Shown in pieces: positions 28,887 through 38,099 of a stretch of 64,000 nt of DNA (its first letter is position 1; each line of letters begins with the position of its first letter). The DNA lies in NCBI GenBank assembly GCA_036677365.1, contig JAVBWN010000012.1, forward strand, positions 1 to 64,000. Reading direction: 5' to 3'. Under the pieces are notes generated by a model. It had not been told where the DNA came from. It was given only the letters and a program-made list of their open reading frames with translations, and searched no databases. A program made the position numbers and the translations under genes. The DNA is from Acholeplasma sp. (GTDB lineage Bacteria; Bacillota_I; Bacilli_A; Acholeplasmatales; UBA5453).

Positions 28887-30152
28887 ATGGAGTTATTTTT
28901 TAGAGAACAAAACCCTGAAGGGTTATCCAAAGCAGAAATTCTAGAAGGACTCAAACAGTCCATTCAAGGCAAATCCCTTAAAAAAGTACTATTAATCCCA
29001 CCCGATTTTACCCGTTTTCACTCCAATGCAGGGTTGATTACGAACCTATATTATCATTTACTCAAAGACCACGCTCAAGTAGACATTTTGCCTGCTTTAG
29101 GTACCCATGAACCAATGAGTGCACCTGAACTGGATGAAATGTATGGAGATATTCCTCATGACAGATTCATTGTCCACAACTGGCGTGAAGACATTGTCCA
29201 TGTGGGTGAAGTGCCCGGCGAGTATATCTCATCGATTACCGATGGGTTATGGGACAAAGGCGTCGGGATGGAAGTCAATAGACTCATCATGGACCCAAGC
29301 TATGATTTGATTGTTTCGATTGGTCAAGTGGTACCCCATGAAGTCATTGGTATGGCGAACCACGCCAAAAATGTGTTTGTGGGTTGTGGCGGGAAAACCA
29401 CCATCAACCAATCGCACATGATTGGTGCGGTTTATGGTATGGAACGGATGATGGGTAAAGATTTTACCCCTGTCCGTAAAGTACTTGATTACGCCTTAGA
29501 ACACTTTTTAAAAGAACGTCCACTCATCTTCGTACTCACAGTGACCACCGCACCTAAAAATGTCATCAAGACCCATGGTTTATTCATCGGGGATACCCGT
29601 AAAGTGTTAGAAGCAGCGATTGAAGTCTCACAACAAAAAAACATCAACTTCTTAGACCGTGGGATTAAAAAGTGTGTTGTATACTTAGACCCGAAAGAAT
29701 TCAAATCGACTTGGTTAGGCAATAAATCGGTATACCGTACCCGTATGGCCATCCAAGATGGTGGAGAATTGATTGTCTTAGCGGCAGGTGTCACCAAATT
29801 TGGTGAAGACCAACGCATCGATCAACTCATTCGTAAGTATGGGTATTGTGGCAGACTCAATGTCTTAGAATTATTCAAACAAAATGAAGATTTACAAAAG
29901 AATATGGGTGCAGCAGCACACTTAATTCACAGTTCATCGGATGGCCGATTCAACATCACATACGCCGTTAAAAACATCACCAAAGACGAAGTTCGTGGGG
30001 TGCATTTTAACGCGGCAGATTACGATGAAGTCGTGAAAAAATATGACCCAACCACATTAGAACCAGGTTGGAATACCTTGAGTGATGGCGAAGAGATTTT
30101 CTTCATTCCTAACCCAGCCTTGGGTTTATGGATTGATAAGAATCGCTTCTAG
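28887..30152 (+). CDS. LarA-superfamily epimerase, probable D-mannonate/D-gluconate 2-epimerase (GntE-like)
   Basis: PPDFTR, PALGTH, VVPHEVIG, GNKSVYRTRMAI.DGGELI; context. Confidence 0.75.
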   Translation: MELFFREQNPEGLSKAEILEGLKQSIQGKSLKKVLLIPPDFTRFHSNAGLITNLYYHLLKDHAQVDILPALGTHEPMSAPELDEMYGDIPHDRFIVHNWREDIVHVGEVPGEYISSITDGLWDKGVGMEVNRLIMDPSYDLIVSIGQVVPHEVIGMANHAKNVFVGCGGKTTINQSHMIGAVYGMERMMGKDFTPVRKVLDYALEHFLKERPLIFVLTVTTAPKNVIKTHGLFIGDTRKVLEAAIEVSQQKNINFLDRGIKKCVVYLDPKEFKSTWLGNKSVYRTRMAIQDGGELIVLAAGVTKFGEDQRIDQLIRKYGYCGRLNVLELFKQNEDLQKNMGAAAHLIHSSSDGRFNITYAVKNITKDEVRGVHFNAADYDEVVKKYDPTTLEPGWNTLSDGEEIFFIPNPALGLWIDKNRF

Positions 30153-30179
30153 ATATCACAGATTGAAAGCGAGTATAAC

Positions 30180-30722
30180 ATGCAAAAGAGTCCATTATTG
30201 CCCCTGGTATTATCGAGTTTGATGATTGCTTTAGGGGTTGTATTACCGTTTTTAACTGCTTCAAACCCAGCGTTGGGTTCCGTATTTTTATTGATGCACA
30301 TCCCTGCTTTAGTCACAGGTTTGATCCTCGGACCTAAGTATGGTTTATTGGTTGGGTTGGTAACGCCAATCCTTAGAAGTGTGTTGGTTTCTATGCCACC
30401 ATTATACCCACAAGCTTTGGTCATGGCCTTTGAAATTGGGGCGTATGGATTATTTGCTGGTTTAGCCAAACAACTACTACCAAAGAAAGATGTATTCGCT
30501 GTTGTTTCTCTCATCTTAGGGATGTTACTAGGTCGTGCAGTGTGGGGATTAGGGGCAGCCATTTTCTACCCACTAGCAGGTCTTAATTTCAGTATAAACA
30601 TCTTCATTAAAGCCGCTTTTATCACTGGTTTACCAGGTATTGGTATACAACTGGTTTTAATCCCTGCTTTGTATTTTAGTTTGAAGAAAACTCACATACT
30701 GGATGCATTAGAAAGAGCCTAA
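30180..30722 (+). CDS. ECF transporter S component
   Basis: LMHIPAL...LGPKYG...TP...MPP...MAFE; about 6 TM. Confidence 0.85.
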   Translation: MQKSPLLPLVLSSLMIALGVVLPFLTASNPALGSVFLLMHIPALVTGLILGPKYGLLVGLVTPILRSVLVSMPPLYPQALVMAFEIGAYGLFAGLAKQLLPKKDVFAVVSLILGMLLGRAVWGLGAAIFYPLAGLNFSINIFIKAAFITGLPGIGIQLVLIPALYFSLKKTHILDALERA

Positions 30723-30791
30723 AGGCGAACATATGAATAAAACGAAAAAGGCTATGATTAGCCTTTTTAAGTTAATGAAGGGGATGTTGAA

Positions 30792-31556
30792 GTGATGAAT
30801 TCAAACACAGCATTGGATAAATTTGGTTTTACACTGGTGTATCAAAAAGGTCATCATTATGGATATGATATACAGGAAAAAGGTGATTTTTATCTTTCTA
30901 AAAAGACACTATCACGCTTGGTCGAATCTTCAATCATGACCATTCAACCAACAAAGGAAAACATAGACTTTGTCGTGGTTAATCGGTACACCCATAACCT
31001 ATTAAAAATATTGACTAAAATCGAAGAAATGATGGATAAAGAACAGGAAATTTGGGTGGCCATTGATGGTTATGCAGGTGCTGGAAAAACCACACTGGCC
31101 AATCAACTCGGTTTAGTATTGGATGCGCAAGTATTTCACACAGATGACTTCTTTACAAAACCAGTGGTGGACTTAACGAAACCTTTCTCTTCATATGGCT
31201 CAAACATTGATTACAACAAAATCAATGAATCAATCTTTAAACCAGTCAGTCTTAAGCGATCGGTTCATTATCGACCATTTGATTTTAAGACACATCAACA
31301 TTTAAATGCTATCGAGATACCCCATCGAAACATTCACATCATTGAAGGGGCATTTGCATTACACCCATATATGAAGCAAACCTATGATTTAAAAGTGTTT
31401 TATCACAAATCTTTGATTAAGCAATACATCGATATCTATCGTAGAAATGGTCTAAAAAGACTATGGAAATTTATGACTAAATGGATACCAAACGAAAGAA
31501 AATACGTCAATGATTTGGGTATCATTCGTCAATGTAATATTATTATTCATTCATAA
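30792..31556 (+). CDS. Uridine kinase-like P-loop kinase
   Basis: IDGYAGAGKTT, HTDDFF, IIEG, WIPNERKY. Confidence 0.75.
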   Translation: MMNSNTALDKFGFTLVYQKGHHYGYDIQEKGDFYLSKKTLSRLVESSIMTIQPTKENIDFVVVNRYTHNLLKILTKIEEMMDKEQEIWVAIDGYAGAGKTTLANQLGLVLDAQVFHTDDFFTKPVVDLTKPFSSYGSNIDYNKINESIFKPVSLKRSVHYRPFDFKTHQHLNAIEIPHRNIHIIEGAFALHPYMKQTYDLKVFYHKSLIKQYIDIYRRNGLKRLWKFMTKWIPNERKYVNDLGIIRQCNIIIHS

Positions 31557-31635
31557 TAAGTAGCCATCTAATATTGATCACGCATTTGTGGTATAGAATT
31601 AGATGGTTTTGTTATATTTACGCGTCAGTTCATAA

Positions 31636-31702
31636 AAACATATGAAAATACACTTTCAAAAGATTGCTTAAATACAAACATATGAAAATACACTTACAAA
31701 AG
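31636..31702 (+). repeat. 27-bp direct repeat x2 (40-bp period)
   Basis: AAACATATGAAAATACACTTTCAAAAG (31636-31662) and AAACATATGAAAATACACTTACAAAAG (31676-31702). Confidence 0.9.
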
Positions 31703-31749
31703 TTGAAATTTATTAAAACTAGTTGTATAATGTAATTGAGGTGAGGAAG

Positions 31750-32970
31750 ATGAACCAAAATTGGATAAAGAGAATGAGTTATTTGGAACAACTCATTCAA
31801 TGGAAAGATCATAAAGTAGTCAAAGTAATTACTGGTATAAGACGTTCGGGCAAGTCGACTTTACTTAACAACCTATTTACATCATACTTATTAAGTCATG
31901 GCGTACGCGAAAGTCAGATTATCTCCATTAATTTGGAATCCATAGATAATGAGCATCTCTATAATTATAAAAGTCTATATGAGCATATTACGGATAGATT
32001 AAAACCAAATGAGATGAACTATGTTATCATCGATGAGGTTCAAAATGCTACTAATTTTCAGAAAGCAATCGATAGTCTTTATATCAAAGATAATGTAGAT
32101 ATTTATATTACGGGTTCAAATGCATTTATGTTGTCAGGTGAATTAGCTACCTTACTATCCGGGCGATATGTCACGATTGAAGTTCTACCTTTATCTTTTA
32201 GTGAATATTTATCATCTTTAGATGCTACATATAATATCGATGTGGCTTATCGTGACTATATCAAATGGGGTGGTTTTCCATACGTCACCCAACTGAATAA
32301 AAATGAGGCTTCAATTCGACAGTATCTCGAGGGTATTTATAACACCATTTTGAAAAAAGATATCATCATTCGCAACAGAGTATCAGATATTTTTGTACTA
32401 GAAGATGTGATTAGATATGTATTTGATAATATTGGTAATATTCTCTCATCCAAAAAAATTAGTGATACACTGACATCAAGCGGTAAAAAAATCTCAAGAC
32501 CAACCATTGACACATATTTGGGTTATTTGATTAATGGGTATGCTGTCTACAAAGTACAAAGATATGACATTAAAGGTAAAGAGTATTTGAAATCACTTGA
32601 GAAGTATTATGTGACAGATATTGGACTAAGACATTATTTGCTTGGGTTTAGAAACATAGATCATGGACATCTTCTTGAAAATATCGTCTTTCTTGAACTT
32701 AAAAGAAGAGGTTTTGAAATTTATATCGGTAAATATGATAACAAAGAAATTGATTTCGTTGCTAAAGACAGCAAGAGGATTATATATATTCAAGTGGTTG
32801 AATCCATGAAATCGATCGAGGCTATGGAACGAGAACTTTCACCCCTTAAAATGATTAGAGACTATAATCCAAGGGTTGTTTTGACAAGAGATTATGATTT
32901 AAATGCCTCCTATGATGGAATTCAAGTATTGAATGTTCTAGAATGGCTAACAAACGAAATAGATTTTTAA
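31750..32970 (+). CDS. AAA_14 / DUF4143 ATP-binding protein
   Basis: GIRRSGKST, IDEVQ, TGSNA, PLSFSE, GGFP, D.GLR, LENIV, EIDFV, IQV. Confidence 0.9.
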   Translation: MNQNWIKRMSYLEQLIQWKDHKVVKVITGIRRSGKSTLLNNLFTSYLLSHGVRESQIISINLESIDNEHLYNYKSLYEHITDRLKPNEMNYVIIDEVQNATNFQKAIDSLYIKDNVDIYITGSNAFMLSGELATLLSGRYVTIEVLPLSFSEYLSSLDATYNIDVAYRDYIKWGGFPYVTQLNKNEASIRQYLEGIYNTILKKDIIIRNRVSDIFVLEDVIRYVFDNIGNILSSKKISDTLTSSGKKISRPTIDTYLGYLINGYAVYKVQRYDIKGKEYLKSLEKYYVTDIGLRHYLLGFRNIDHGHLLENIVFLELKRRGFEIYIGKYDNKEIDFVAKDSKRIIYIQVVESMKSIEAMERELSPLKMIRDYNPRVVLTRDYDLNASYDGIQVLNVLEWLTNEIDF

Positions 32971-32990
32971 TGATTCGTTCATGAAATAGT

Positions 32991-33027
32991 AACCCTTTTG
33001 ACATACTGAGCTGTCAAAAGGGTTTTT
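32991..33027 (+). terminator. Intrinsic terminator
   Basis: 13-bp stem AACCCTTTTGACA/TGTCAAAAGGGTT plus T run. Confidence 0.85.
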
Positions 33028-33208
33028 GTTTATAAAAAAATGATTAATCACAAGCAACATAACATCGCTAGGATTGAATATACAAAATTAATCGATAACA
33101 ACATGTAAAGTTAATTTAGACCTGTTTTATTTGTATTATAGGTGTTATAATTATAAATATAATAATACGATGTAGTTGTAAAAACTAAAGTATGGAAAGG
33201 TTATATTT

Positions 33209-34822
33209 ATGAAGAAAATCTTTGTAGTATTCATGTTCTTCTTATTCACCATGAGTGGATGTCAAGCAGCAACCATGTATCACGCCAATGAACTTCAAAA
33301 GAAATTGGATGCTTTTCAAGAAAACCACAATCAGTTTTCGTTTGAACTGAACACCCATATGCAAGTCACATACGACAAAATGACAACAACAGATAAACAA
33401 ACATTTCAAGGTAGATTCCAACCAGATATCGAATACTTTGAAATGACGAGTGGTGATATAACCACAGTAGAACAAGTCAAAGGGAACGAGCTATATCGAT
33501 ATAGTATCCATAAAAATGATATGGTGAATGGCGTACAATTCTATACATTAGAAAAAGTCTTTTACAACGAAGATGAAGCATATGTCTCACCCATGGTTGA
33601 AACCAAAATAGACATCCGTGGTATTCAGATTACCAATGAGGATGGTATTTATGTTATTAAAGGCAAAGTATCTGATTTTTTACCGAAAGAAACCTATGAA
33701 GAAATTAAAACTTTATATGAAGAGGCAGATTTAGATATTCGCGTATTGGAAAAATCACCGATTACCATCGAAATTGAGTTTCAGGATGAATCCATGAATC
33801 AAAAGATGACCATGGAGCTAGATATGGATGACATCAGTTTGACTATTAGTGTGGATCTCCATATCGTTTACGCTACATTTTCAATCATCGATTTTAGCAA
33901 TACCAATAAATATATTCAAAGTAATTCTAGAGAACCACTAGAAATATCACTCAATAAACCCATCTATTATAAGTCTCAAAACCCAGGAAAAGGGGTATAT
34001 ACCGCTTATTTTGAGGTAGGCAAATACGCAGTTCAATCCAATGTGTTTGGTGTTTCTAATATGATTGAATATGACATATATGATGGCAACAATCTCAACA
34101 GTTTACGTGTTTTAAACAACAGCGACAATCATCTTAGACGTTTATTTGAGGTAAAGAAAGCGGGTTACTATACATTTGAAATGAATTATGAAATAGCAAA
34201 TTTTACCTATGAAACGAGAATCCGCAAATTATACTATGAAACCGATGGTTTCGAAGAAATCTCTTACAGTATTTCTGAATCCACTTCAATAAACTATGCT
34301 ATAGAGCATGAATATGACATTATTTCAATAGAGTTGAAAACATCGGAAAGAACGATGATTCTCTTTGATAACAATCAATTGGTCGACTATAGATTTGCTT
34401 CTCAAGGTAGTTTTGAAAAGTATTTTTATCTTCATAACGCGACTAGAACAGTTTATATGTATAGACCTCTTGGCGCAGTTCAAGGGTTACTCAACATTAA
34501 ATACGTCGCCCTCGATGCCCATGGTAGAACTTACAATGACCCACAAATGAAAACCATGAATGATCAATTCTCATTGCCTATAGTGCCTGAAGAAGCACAC
34601 ATGATGAAAATCGTAGTCAATGAAACACAAACATTTAAAGTTGAATTTGATATTTGGCTAGGATATAAAGATTGGATTGTGTATGACATTGTCTATGGGA
34701 CTACAAACGCCAAAGTTTCCATTTACAATGATCAAGTGACATTAACGCCGGGCACTTATTATTTTAAACCAAATTTAGATGATCAATTGGTTTATAGGGT
34801 TCGCATGGTTCCAATCAACTAA
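33209..34822 (+). CDS. Hypothetical beta-rich lipoprotein
   Basis: Lipobox MSGC; repeated GxY beta-sandwich-like units. Confidence 0.75.
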   Translation: MKKIFVVFMFFLFTMSGCQAATMYHANELQKKLDAFQENHNQFSFELNTHMQVTYDKMTTTDKQTFQGRFQPDIEYFEMTSGDITTVEQVKGNELYRYSIHKNDMVNGVQFYTLEKVFYNEDEAYVSPMVETKIDIRGIQITNEDGIYVIKGKVSDFLPKETYEEIKTLYEEADLDIRVLEKSPITIEIEFQDESMNQKMTMELDMDDISLTISVDLHIVYATFSIIDFSNTNKYIQSNSREPLEISLNKPIYYKSQNPGKGVYTAYFEVGKYAVQSNVFGVSNMIEYDIYDGNNLNSLRVLNNSDNHLRRLFEVKKAGYYTFEMNYEIANFTYETRIRKLYYETDGFEEISYSISESTSINYAIEHEYDIISIELKTSERTMILFDNNQLVDYRFASQGSFEKYFYLHNATRTVYMYRPLGAVQGLLNIKYVALDAHGRTYNDPQMKTMNDQFSLPIVPEEAHMMKIVVNETQTFKVEFDIWLGYKDWIVYDIVYGTTNAKVSIYNDQVTLTPGTYYFKPNLDDQLVYRVRMVPIN

Positions 34823-34826
34823 AACA

Positions 34827-34855
34827 AAGCCCACATTCTCGTTGAATGTGGGCTT
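34827..34855. terminator. Hairpin between convergent genes
   Basis: AAGCCCACATTC-tcgtt-GAATGTGGGCTT. Confidence 0.8.
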
Positions 34856-34860
34856 ATATA

Positions 34861-35046
34861 TTAACTGAATAGGATGAGAACAACAATCACTGCAAAAACA
34901 AACAATAAACCGAGTATCGTACCAGTCCAAGAACTGCGTTTCATTTTTTCAGAACCTTCGATGCCATCTTTTTGATCGGCGTCGCTATTATCCCAAAGCT
35001 GACGCATTTGTACATTGTCTTGACGGTTGATTTTCAATGAAATCAT
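34861..35046 (-). CDS. Small protein with C-terminal TM anchor
   Basis: AAGGAG RBS, upstream TGATATAAT, one C-terminal hydrophobic helix. Confidence 0.65.
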   Translation of the reverse strand: MISLKINRQDNVQMRQLWDNSDADQKDGIEGSEKMKRSSWTGTILGLLFVFAVIVVLILFS

Positions 35047-35089
35047 CTCCTTAGTTTTCTAAGGTTATTATATCATGAATATATAAAAA

Positions 35090-35662
35090 TTACAAAGAAT
35101 TATTTTGAATCATTCTGATAAAGCATTCATGAACCGTTGTATCATGTGTGAGTTCAGGGTGGAATGCAGTGACGAGCATGTTGTTTTGTCTTCCCGCAAT
35201 CACCTTCCCTTGATAAGATGCTAAAACTTCAAAATCCTTACCATATTGATCGATATAGGGTGCTCGAATGAATACCATTGGAATGACTTTACCATCAAAG
35301 GTATGGTCAATTTGAAAACTCCCCAGTTGACGACCATAAGCATTTCGTTTGGTATGGACATTAAGTAATCCAAAATGAGATGTAGAATGATCATCAATCG
35401 ATTTTGACAACAATATTAATCCAGCACAGGTACCAAATACCGGTAACCCTAGCTGGATTTTTTCTTTGATAGGTTCATATAGCTTTAAGTCTTTTAATAA
35501 TTTACCCATGGCGGTGGATTCTCCCCCCGGCAGAATCAAACCGTCCATGGGGCCTTGCAAGTCAGTTAAGTTTCGGATTTGAAAGGATGAAACTCCCAAT
35601 TTATCCAACATCTGTTGGTGCTCAATGAAAGCCCCTTGTAAAGCCAGTACACCAATCCTCAT
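35090..35662 (-). CDS. pdxT: PLP synthase glutaminase subunit
   Basis: GVLALQG, PGGEST, GTCAG, FIRAP, FHPE. Confidence 0.96.
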   Translation of the reverse strand: MRIGVLALQGAFIEHQQMLDKLGVSSFQIRNLTDLQGPMDGLILPGGESTAMGKLLKDLKLYEPIKEKIQLGLPVFGTCAGLILLSKSIDDHSTSHFGLLNVHTKRNAYGRQLGSFQIDHTFDGKVIPMVFIRAPYIDQYGKDFEVLASYQGKVIAGRQNNMLVTAFHPELTHDTTVHECFIRMIQNNSL

Positions 35663-36537
35663 TACTTGCCTCGTTCAGCCATCAATAAAGCAATCTCAGA
35701 TTCATTGATGCCAACCATGGCTTCGCCTAAATCTGTGGAGATTTCGGCCAATATTTTCGGATTGTTATAGTTTGTCACCGCTTTGACAATCGCTTGAGCA
35801 CGTTTTTCTGGGTTACCAGATTTAAATATACCAGAACCCACGAACACACCTTCCGCACCCAGCTGCATCATCAGTGCAGCGTCCGCTGGGGTTGCGACGC
35901 CACCCGCTGCGAACTGAACGACTGGGAGCTTGCCATGTTCGTGAACATATTCGATTAAGTCTAAAGAGACCCCTAAGTCTTTTTGTAACACATAGAGTTC
36001 ATCTTTTTTTAAAGATTGGATGCGTCTGATTTCTTTTTGAATTTCACGCATGTGTCTCACCGCTTGAATGACATCCCCTGTCCCAGGTTCGCCTTTGGTA
36101 CGAATCATTGAAGCCCCTTCACTGATGCGTCTTAAGGCTTCACCTAAGTTCTTAGCCCCACAGACAAAGGGTACTTGAAATGCTTTTTTATCGATATGGT
36201 GAACATCATCTGCTGGAGACAATACTTCAGATTCATCGATGTAGTCGATTTCTAAAGCTTCTAAGATTTGCGCTTCAACGAAGTGTCCAATGCGAACTTT
36301 CGCCATCACTGGAATTGTCACAGCATCTTGGATTTCTTTAATCAATTTAGGGTCACTCATTCTAGAAACCCCACCCACAGCACGAATATCGGCTGGGATC
36401 CTTTCTAACGCCATCACAGCGACAGCCCCTGCTTTTTCAGCTATTTTGGCTTGTTCAGCATTCATGACATCCATGATGACGCCACCTTTTAACATTTGTG
36501 CGAGTGCTTTATTGAGTACATAACGATCATTTGACAT
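35662..36537 (-). CDS. pdxS: PLP synthase lyase subunit
   Basis: [40 protein letters not shown]. Confidence 0.97.
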   Translation of the reverse strand: MSNDRYVLNKALAQMLKGGVIMDVMNAEQAKIAEKAGAVAVMALERIPADIRAVGGVSRMSDPKLIKEIQDAVTIPVMAKVRIGHFVEAQILEALEIDYIDESEVLSPADDVHHIDKKAFQVPFVCGAKNLGEALRRISEGASMIRTKGEPGTGDVIQAVRHMREIQKEIRRIQSLKKDELYVLQKDLGVSLDLIEYVHEHGKLPVVQFAAGGVATPADAALMMQLGAEGVFVGSGIFKSGNPEKRAQAIVKAVTNYNNPKILAEISTDLGEAMVGINESEIALLMAERGK

Positions 36538-36558
36538 AATGATACCTCCATAGGTTGT

Positions 36559-36626
36559 ATACCAAATATTTTAAATGGAAAACTGGTATAATAAAATAAC
36601 CAGTAATGAGGATAATTACCATACCA
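36559..36626. promoter_or_regulatory. MocR/GabR-type operator repeats
   Basis: ATACCA 36559-36564, TGGTAT 36584-36589, AACCAG 36598-36603, ATACCA 36621-36626 between divergent pdxS and the regulator. Confidence 0.65.
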
Positions 36627-36638
36627 GATGGAGGATAT

Positions 36639-38000
36639 ATGAAAACAAAATCACAATCCATATATGAAGAATTGAAACGATTGATCTTAGAAGGCAAATA
36701 CAAGCCAAATGAAAAACTACCTTCAAAAAGAAAACTGTCATACGCTTCTCAAGTCTCAATATTTACAATTCAAAATGCTTATGACCAACTTTTAATGGAA
36801 GGGTACATCTACACCAAAGAAAAGGTGGGTTATTTTGTGAGTGAGGGCATCACACCGATTCAAATGAAAACAACCCAACCCATCTATAAACCAGAGATTC
36901 TACCACAATCCAAATATGATATATCCTTTAAGACGAATGTGGTCGATAATGTTTTATTCCCACTAAACACCTGGACCAAACTGTCTAGAGAAGTCCTTTC
37001 ATCGAGCATTTATCCTTTGATGAATATCACACCACCTGAAGGTGTGTTAGAACTGAGAATGGAAATCGTGAAGTATTTAGAAATCTATCGTCACATCAAA
37101 GTTAAACCAGAACAAATCATTTTGGGTTCTGGGTCACAACCCCTCCTCAATTTATTGGTAGAACTATTAGGCAGACACCATACGTATGCTTTAGAAAACC
37201 CAGGGTACCCAAGAATTTATCAAACATTGAAGGGTTTAGGTGTTTCTATTAAACCCATTCAGATGGATGAGGCTGGTGTGAAGATAGAGGATTTACAATC
37301 ATCATCAGCTTCAGTCCTCCACATCACCCCAGCCCATCAGTTCCCCACAGGCATTGTGATGCCAATCCAAAGACGTTTAGCTTTATTACAGTGGGTGATG
37401 ATGGGGGATAGATATATCATTGAAGATGACTACGACAGTGAATTTAGATTTGGTGGGTCTCCAGTATCGACCATTTTTGGATTAACCAAAGAACCCAAGG
37501 TGATTTACATGAATTCCTTTACCAAGAGTTTAGGACCTGCTTTTAAGATGGGTTATATCGTTTTACCGTTAGAATTATTACCCAAATATCAAGAAATCAA
37601 AAGCCATCACAGTTGTACTGTACCAAACTTTGAGCAGTATATTTTATATAAATTCATGAATGAAGGCCATTTTGACCGACATTTGAATCGAACCAGACTC
37701 ATCTATCAGAAAAAACTCCAAATCATTCAGTCTGTGATTAAAGCGTATCCAATGCTTGAAATGAAAGGGAATGAAGCAGGACTTCATTTCATTTTGAAGG
37801 TCCATACGAAGATGTCTGAATCTGATTTGGTTCAAGCCTTAAGAACACACAAAATCGATATTAAAGGACTTCATGAGTTTGATATTGAATCCACAGAAGC
37901 TAAAACACCCTGCTTGGTTATTGGGTATTCAGGCATCCCATTAGATGATATTGAATCTACCTTTCAAACCCTATTCAAGTGGATTATTAGTATCCAATAA
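36639..38000 (+). CDS. pdxR: MocR/GabR-family PLP-dependent regulator
   Basis: GntR HTH (LPSKR), TPAHQFPTG, EDDYDSEF, SFTKS; divergent from pdxST; GGAGG before ATG 36639. Confidence 0.88.
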   Translation: MKTKSQSIYEELKRLILEGKYKPNEKLPSKRKLSYASQVSIFTIQNAYDQLLMEGYIYTKEKVGYFVSEGITPIQMKTTQPIYKPEILPQSKYDISFKTNVVDNVLFPLNTWTKLSREVLSSSIYPLMNITPPEGVLELRMEIVKYLEIYRHIKVKPEQIILGSGSQPLLNLLVELLGRHHTYALENPGYPRIYQTLKGLGVSIKPIQMDEAGVKIEDLQSSSASVLHITPAHQFPTGIVMPIQRRLALLQWVMMGDRYIIEDDYDSEFRFGGSPVSTIFGLTKEPKVIYMNSFTKSLGPAFKMGYIVLPLELLPKYQEIKSHHSCTVPNFEQYILYKFMNEGHFDRHLNRTRLIYQKKLQIIQSVIKAYPMLEMKGNEAGLHFILKVHTKMSESDLVQALRTHKIDIKGLHEFDIESTEAKTPCLVIGYSGIPLDDIESTFQTLFKWIISIQ

Positions 38001-38099
38001 AGTCCAAAGCCTCTATTTATAAATCTTTTGGAAGGAAACAAAACGGCAACAACTTTCCTATGATATACTGAAGTATGCAGTAAAATATGGAGGTTTTTC

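Noticed and set aside
30149..30562. Antisense and out-of-frame ORFs nested in real genes (e.g. 30149-30562, 15264-15656, 29489-29818, 46044-46388, 57848-58183)
   Set aside because: They overlap well-supported genes and have no motifs or RBS.
31636..31702. Mini CRISPR array
   Set aside because: Only two repeats, a 13-bp spacer and no cas genes.
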